In this document: positions 57,976-64,000 of the stretch, piece after piece | Layout: every line of letters starts with the position of its first letter | How positions within the stretch are numbered: the stretch's first letter is position 1 | NCBI RefSeq assembly: GCF_030684315.1 | Contig: NC_081387.1 | Location: 21,756,647-21,820,646, forward strand | Direction of reading: 5' to 3' | Length of the DNA: 64,000 nucleotides | DNA from: Stegostoma tigrinum | Lineage: Eukaryota | Made by a program: the position numbers and the translations under genes | Notes under the pieces: generated by a model | Databases searched by the model: none | Seen by the model: only the letters and a program-made list of their open reading frames with translations | What the model was told of the DNA's origin: nothing

Positions 57976-58599
57976 GGTAAGGTTGATGTTATCGCTTGTG
58001 TGGGTGACTGGGGTGGGGTCAGGAGGGGAGGGGGCGGTTATGCATATCAGACAGTCGTTACCAATTCCAATTGAAAATTCAACAGAAACGTCCTCACCCA
58101 GAGACAGTGACTGATCCATGTGAATAGCACCAATGTTTTTAGAGGGGAACTTGGTAACACACAAGGGAGAAAGGATAGAAGGACATCTTAATGGAGTTGG
58201 ATGGAGACATTAATGGGAAGAAGGTTTTTGTTGAACGTGATCATGGTCGAGATTTTTAATCAAGCAAACATATTGTAAAACATTGCTTGGACCGACGCCT
58301 TCTTGTCCAGACGTAGGAACCGTACCACTGACCACAAGAACTATCTATTTAACCAAGGAAGTTGCTTCTGTGTAACTTGGTAACTAATACAATGAGCCTC
58401 ACAGCAGGGAGTTAATACCAGGAACACCAGCTCACACTGTTCACAGTTTTACATCTGTAATCCCTATTCTACTTTGCTGGTTTCTTCCTCCTCCCCTCTC
58501 CCCATCTCTGCTACTGATGTAAACTATCTGGAGATGATTCAGGATGTTAAAGCTCACTGTTTCCTGTGTAGTGCCCTAGGCTAACCAGAAAAAAAGTTA

Positions 58600-60060
58600 C
58601 ATGTCAGAAGTGGGCCATTCAGCCCAGTGTGTCTGTGCTGGAAGGGTCATTTATACCACCGAACATTCTAGTTCTACCTGCCAGCTCCTGGTCCATAACT
58701 GCTCGAGCACATCCAGATCCAGAGTCTTTTTAAATGAATTGAGGATTTCAATCTCAAGCATCAAATTGGGCAGAAAATTCCAGATGCTATCACCATCTAC
58801 GTGAAAAAGATATTCCCCATGTTCCTTATAAGCTTGATATCCATCCCCTTCAATTTCTGTCCCCCGGTAGTTGGTTGCACCACCAGGGGAACCATGTATT
58901 CCTGTCCACTTTATTATACAGCCACATTATTTTTTACAGCATGATTAAGTCACCCTTCAGCCTCTTCTATTGTCAGGAAAACAAGTCTAGCCTACTCAAT
59001 CTTTCCTCATTCTTGCAATTTCCAAACCCTGGCAACATTCTTGTAAATCTTTTGAATTCTGTAATTGAGTCTTTCCTGTAACACGGACTAGAACTGTAGA
59101 GAAAACCATATGTGTGTCCAGGGTCTTCATACAGACACAGCAATTACAACCTGTTTTTGCAATTCATTGCCTCACACAATGAAGGAAAGCTTCCACATAA
59201 GCATTCTTTACCTCCTTACCTACTTACCCTGCTACCTTCTGGGACTGTCGATGTACAATATGAGACCCTTATTTTTGAGCAGCTCAAGTCCCTCCTGTTT
59301 AATGTGTATTCCCTGGCTTTGTTTTCCCTTCCCAATTACACATCCTCCCATCTTGATTGAATTTCAATTGTCACTCTTCCAGCCACACAAGCAAACCATT
59401 GGCTTCATTCTGTAATTGGCAGCCCTATCAATTACATGTCCAGTTTTATGTCTGCAGATTTCCCAATCATGCCTCAAATATTTAAATCTAAATTATTACC
59501 ACTGTCATGTAAGCAACCAACAGTGAAACCTATGGAACACCATTGAAAAATGTTTCTCATTCACAAAAATCACCTATTGACCATTACAGTTTGTTTCATG
59601 TGCTTGAGCCAATTTGGGATCCAAGTCATTAAATTCCCCCTAACCCCATGGCTTTAATTTTTCTGACCAGTCTGCTATGTGGGATTAAATGCCTTACTGA
59701 AATGCATGTAATCAACATCCAATGCACTATCCTCATCATTTTTTCTTGTTACTTCCTTTAAAAATCTAATTCAAGGAGAGAGAAATGAATTAACTTTGCA
59801 AAACCAGGCTGACTATTTCTAACCAACTTATGCCTCACTAAGAAATAGTTAATCATTTTGCTCAATATAGATTCCAGTAATTTGCCCAACAACAAGTGTA
59901 ATTAGTTGGCATATATGGTACAATACTTGCAAACCTCCAATTCTCTGGTTCCTTGCCTGTATCTGGTGAGGATTGGAAAATGATTCTTAGAGGAACTGTT
60001 TTTTTTGAATCCATGGTTTACATCAATACTATTGGATACAATTCATCCAGCCCACCTTCA
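58600..60060 (-). mobile_element. Old CR1-type LINE fragment
   Basis: Degenerate RT remnants (ALDVDYMHFSKAF-like near 59690-59730) and CR1-like 3' end. Confidence 0.6.
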
Positions 60061-60924
60061 GAAATGCCAGTCCCACCAGTACATCCCTTCTCATGAGTTT
60101 TAAGCAGTTGTGCCGATCCAAAACAACTGTGTAACTATTCTAATTCTATTTTTCTCCACTTATATGCCTCGGTATTGCAAGTTCTCATCTAAATACTACT
60201 TAAATATTTTGAAGAATTCTGCCTCTCCCACTCTTCCAGATTCCCACCAGTTTCTGGGTGAAATAGATTTTCCTTACAACTCATTGAAGCCTCCTGCCCT
60301 TACCTTAAATCAGTAAGTCCACCAAGGGGAAAAAGTATCTTCCTGTCTACCCTATCTATGTCCCTCATAATTTTATGCATTTCAATCATATCTGTTCAGT
60401 CACCTCAGCTCCATGGAAAGCAATCTCAGTCTATACAATCTCTACTATTTTTCAGCTTTGGAAAAGTCACATAGATGTACAAATTAGTGACAATTCTATA
60501 AACAGAGGGGAGAATAATATCAAAATTGGGAAAGCGTGCAAGTAACTTTATGGAAGTCTATATGCATGAGTCAGTATAAGTGGGTGTGTATGTCAGTGTA
60601 TGTGGGTGTATATTTCAATATATGTGTACGCATTTTTCATTTGTGTGTCTATTTCAGTATGTCAGGGTCTATACTTCAATTTCTGAGTACATGTTCATAC
60701 ATTTGAGTGTACGTTTCAGTATATGTGAGTGTATATGTCAGCACATGTAGATGTACATACCCTAACATTATTGCTGTTAGTGACTGTACAGTACGTCCAT
60801 TGATTGCACTGATACTGACTCTCCTGAATATCCTGTTATTGATGTAAATTCTCTGGTAATATTTTAGACAGCTATGACACATCATTCCCTGGATCTGCTG
60901 ATGCTGGATTTCTGAATTTCCAGA

Positions 60925-60964
60925 ATGCTGCTTCTGCTCCAGGCTCTTATCTGGATCTCTCATG
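60925..60964 (+). CDS. Gene C putative leader exon (MLLLLQALIWISH)
   Basis: Hydrophobic ATG-initiated frame with phase-1 donor G|gtaggg; joined to 61729 it gives MLLLLQALIWISHVAITAA-DLEVTGP, a plausible signal peptide. Confidence 0.65.
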
Positions 60965-61449
60965 GTAGGGAAATACATTTCAAAAATAATAAAAACCAGG
61001 ACTCACAGAAACTTGAGCATGTAATCTAGGGTGATAGCCCAGCTACCAAGGGAACATTGCAAAGTCAGAGGGTCAGTTTGGGTGTGTATTGCGCGATAGG
61101 AGGGGCAGTGTCGAGGAGTGCTATACCATCATAAGGTCAGTACTGAGGGAATACTTCACTCTCATTGGGTCAGCACTGAGGAGGTGCTGCAAAGTTGAAG
61201 TTCCCAATACTTGGAAACATTTGAGCCATCAGACATTAGCCTCAGCTGTCCTCTGGTAAATATAAAAGCACTTAAAAGGCTATCCAGTCATTTATCTCAT
61301 TACACCTTTTGAGGTCTTACAATGCACAAATTGTCTGTTGTATTTCTGACTAGGCAACATTATTTACATTTCAAGGCTATTTATTGCTGCAAAGCATTCT
61401 AGAATATTCTGACAATGTGACTGAAGATATACAAATGCAAAATAATTTA

Positions 61450-61652
61450 TCTTTTCTCTGTTTCTCCTTTGTGTGTCTCTCTATCCCTCATTTTATTTCT
61501 GTCCTTTTCAGTTTCTGCCCCCTTTAGCACCTCTGTCTCTTCCTCTCTGTCTTTATGTCTCTCCATCCCTCCCTCTATATCTCCATCCCTCTTTGAACCT
61601 GTCTCTCCTTCTGTCTCTATCCCTCTCTGTCCCTCTGCCTCTCCTTCTTTCT
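61450..61652. repeat. CT-rich low-complexity tract
   Basis: (ctct/gtct)n-like polypyrimidine run upstream of the gene C IgV exon. Confidence 0.8.
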
Positions 61653-61728
61653 TTGTTACAAACAATAATACAGTGTATACAGCAGTAATAACCTGAATGA
61701 TGACTAATGGATCTGATTCTCTCTCTAG

Positions 61729-62097
61729 TGGCTATTACAGCGGCAGATTTAGAGGTGACGGGACCATTAGTTCCCATCTTGGGGGTTGTTGGGGACAGCG
61801 TGGTCCTGGACTGTCTGTTGGTCATGAAAAAACCCCTGGAGAACATGGAAGTCCGCTGGATCAACACAGCATATGGCTATAGCTCGCCTGTCCATACATA
61901 CAGGGCGGGAGAGGACGATTTGACACTCCAGCCCTTGGTCTACAGAGGCCGGACCGAACTGTTTCTCGACAAAGTGGCACAGGGGAATCTCTCTCTCTGG
62001 CTCAAGGATGTCCGAGTCTCTGACAGGGGACAGTACAAGTGCTTTGTGACATCTGCCATCAAACACAATGAGTTCAAACTCACGCTGGATGTGACAG
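61729..62097 (+). CDS. Gene C IgV exon, butyrophilin/B7-type; rest of the gene lies beyond the window
   Basis: DLEVTGPLVPILGVVGDSVVLDCLL..MEVRW..PVHTYRAGED..YRGRTELF..GNLSLWL..SDRGQYKCFV; donor G|gtcagt; three in-frame acceptors (61729, 61741, 61747). Confidence 0.9.
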
Positions 62098-63557
62098 GTC
62101 AGTGACCATTTTGGAAATACCATACCTGACATCCTCAATGATGGATTTATTGAGGTGAAGGATAAACATTGACCCAGGCCCTAGCAGAACACAAATAGTT
62201 TGACACCCTGACAAGGTTGACATTGAAGAGTGTTTCTGTGACGGAGGATCTAGAACATGGGCATACAGTCTCAGGATGAGGGAACAGTCAATTAGCACTG
62301 AGACAGGGGGGAAGCTCTTCACTCATAATGTTGTGAATCTTTGCCTTACTGTCTAATTCCATTGAACAATTCCAATGAAGTGAGAGAAGACCATTCGCTC
62401 CATCCAGGCTGCTCCACCCTTCAATACATTTATTTTAATTTACGATTATGGCTGATCTTGAATTTCAAATCTAAATGCAAGATCCTCACCCCGCACCACT
62501 GAATCCCATGAACAAAGTGATTTCTGAGTTGAGTGTTCACTGACTGAGCGTCCGCTGGGATAGTTGGCGTCTAGCTCACCCAGCCTGCGGAAACAACCTT
62601 TCTACATCTTGCCTATTTTAAACCTGTGATAGATTAATTTTTTTTATTGAGCAGAGGTATTAAGGGATATGATCCAAATGCAAGTATATAGAGTTAGGCC
62701 ACGGATCAGCCATGATCTCACTGAAAGCTGTAACAGGCTCAAGGGGCTGAACAGCCTACATGTGTTCCTATCAAATCTCTTCAGAATGTATTCTGATTAG
62801 ATTGAATTCACCTCTCACACTTCTAACCCCCAGAAAGAATGGGCCCAGTCAGCTGAACGCTTACAGGGCAACCCTCTTGACCCAGAAACCAATCCCATGC
62901 AATCCCTCTGGAGTAAGTATTTCCACTCCCAAAGAGCTGAGAATGGCCAGACATTGAATATATTTAAGAAAGAGATTAATATATCTTTGGAAGCTCAGTG
63001 AATATAAGGAACATTAAGATAGATTGGGAGTGTGGAATCAAGGTGGAGAATCAGTAAAGATTGTATTGAGTAATGGGATAGGTATGGGGGATTGAATAGT
63101 CCACCCCAGCTCTTTTCTCTGCATTAACTCCATTGCTTCCCACAATTTATCTGTCAGAATAGAGTCATTGAGGTCTGCAGTGCATAAATGGCCTTTGACT
63201 ACTCAATAACAAGCCAGCAGCTATTTTAATCCTATTTTTCTGTATTTGGCCCAAGGCTTCCTTTGCTTTGGTATCACAAATGCATACCTAAATTCTTCTT
63301 CAATGTTATGAGGATTCCTGCCTCTACTACCCTTATAGGCAGTGAGTTCTAGATTCCCACCTACCTCTGAATGAAGACATTTTTCCTCATATCCCCTTGA
63401 AATCTCCTGCCCTTTGCCTTAACTCTAGGTCCCCTGGTCATTGGATCCTCCACCAAGGGAATGTAGAGCCTACTTATGCCCCTCATAATTTAAGACATCT
63501 CAATAATATAGCCAGTCCCCACTGCTCTGAAGAAAGCAACCCCAGTCCATCCAATAA

Positions 63558-63960
63558 TAAAACAAAAAATTGCAGATGTTGGAGATCTGAAACAAAAGTA
63601 GAAATTCTTGGAAAACTTCAGCAGATCTGGCATCATCCGTTGGAAGAAAGCAGTGTTACTCTTTCGAGTCCAGTGACTGTTCATCAGAACCATTAGTAGT
63701 TACAAAAAAGTGGTATTTATGCTAAAGCCAAAGATTGATGAAGGGGGAGAAGTAAATGGACGAGTGGAGATGGAGCCCATTAGAGGGAGAGAGATAAAAA
63801 GTGCACATTATCAAGGAAATAATGGATAGAACTTGAGGACAGAAAAAAAGTGATAATTAGAGCTATGAAAGAGAAAATTGCTGAACTGTACTTAATGCAA
63901 TGCATATAATTTGACAGTGGGTTTGAGAATAGGTGAGAATAGGTGACAATGTTAAAAGCA
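63558..63960 (-). mobile_element. PLE family 2 3' fragment with hammerhead-like core
   Basis: Minus strand CTGATGAACAGTCACTGGACTCGAAAGAGTA (about 63655-63687), then ..gatctccaacatctgcaattttttgtttt tail. Confidence 0.6.
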
Positions 63961-64000
63961 ACTCATGTCAGAACAGGACCTAGTGTGCGGTGGCGGAAAT

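Overview
Repeat-rich vertebrate genomic DNA, most likely from a shark (inferred from HE1-like SINEs, CR1/L2 LINEs and the Penelope families present; the species cannot be fixed from sequence alone). The window holds a head-to-tail, + strand cluster of butyrophilin-like (BTN/BTNL) genes. Gene A (CDS 3122-17749, about 502 aa) and gene B (CDS 32595-50363, about 493 aa) are complete and share one architecture: leader, IgV, IgC, TM, six micro-exons of 27/27/21/21/27/27 nt and a B30.2 (PRY-SPRY) exon, all with phase-1 GT-AG introns. Gene C is partial (leader 60925-60964, IgV 61729-62097) and lies downstream of a candidate ISRE/CRE/NF-kB promoter. Introns and spacers contain a young Penelope-like retroelement with an open ORF (1-1756), degraded Penelope copies, and many very short Penelope 3'-end insertions that carry minimal hammerhead-ribozyme cores, often fold into long hairpins and have 13-15 bp target-site duplications. 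Exon coordinates were read by hand from splice sites; repeat boundaries are approximate.
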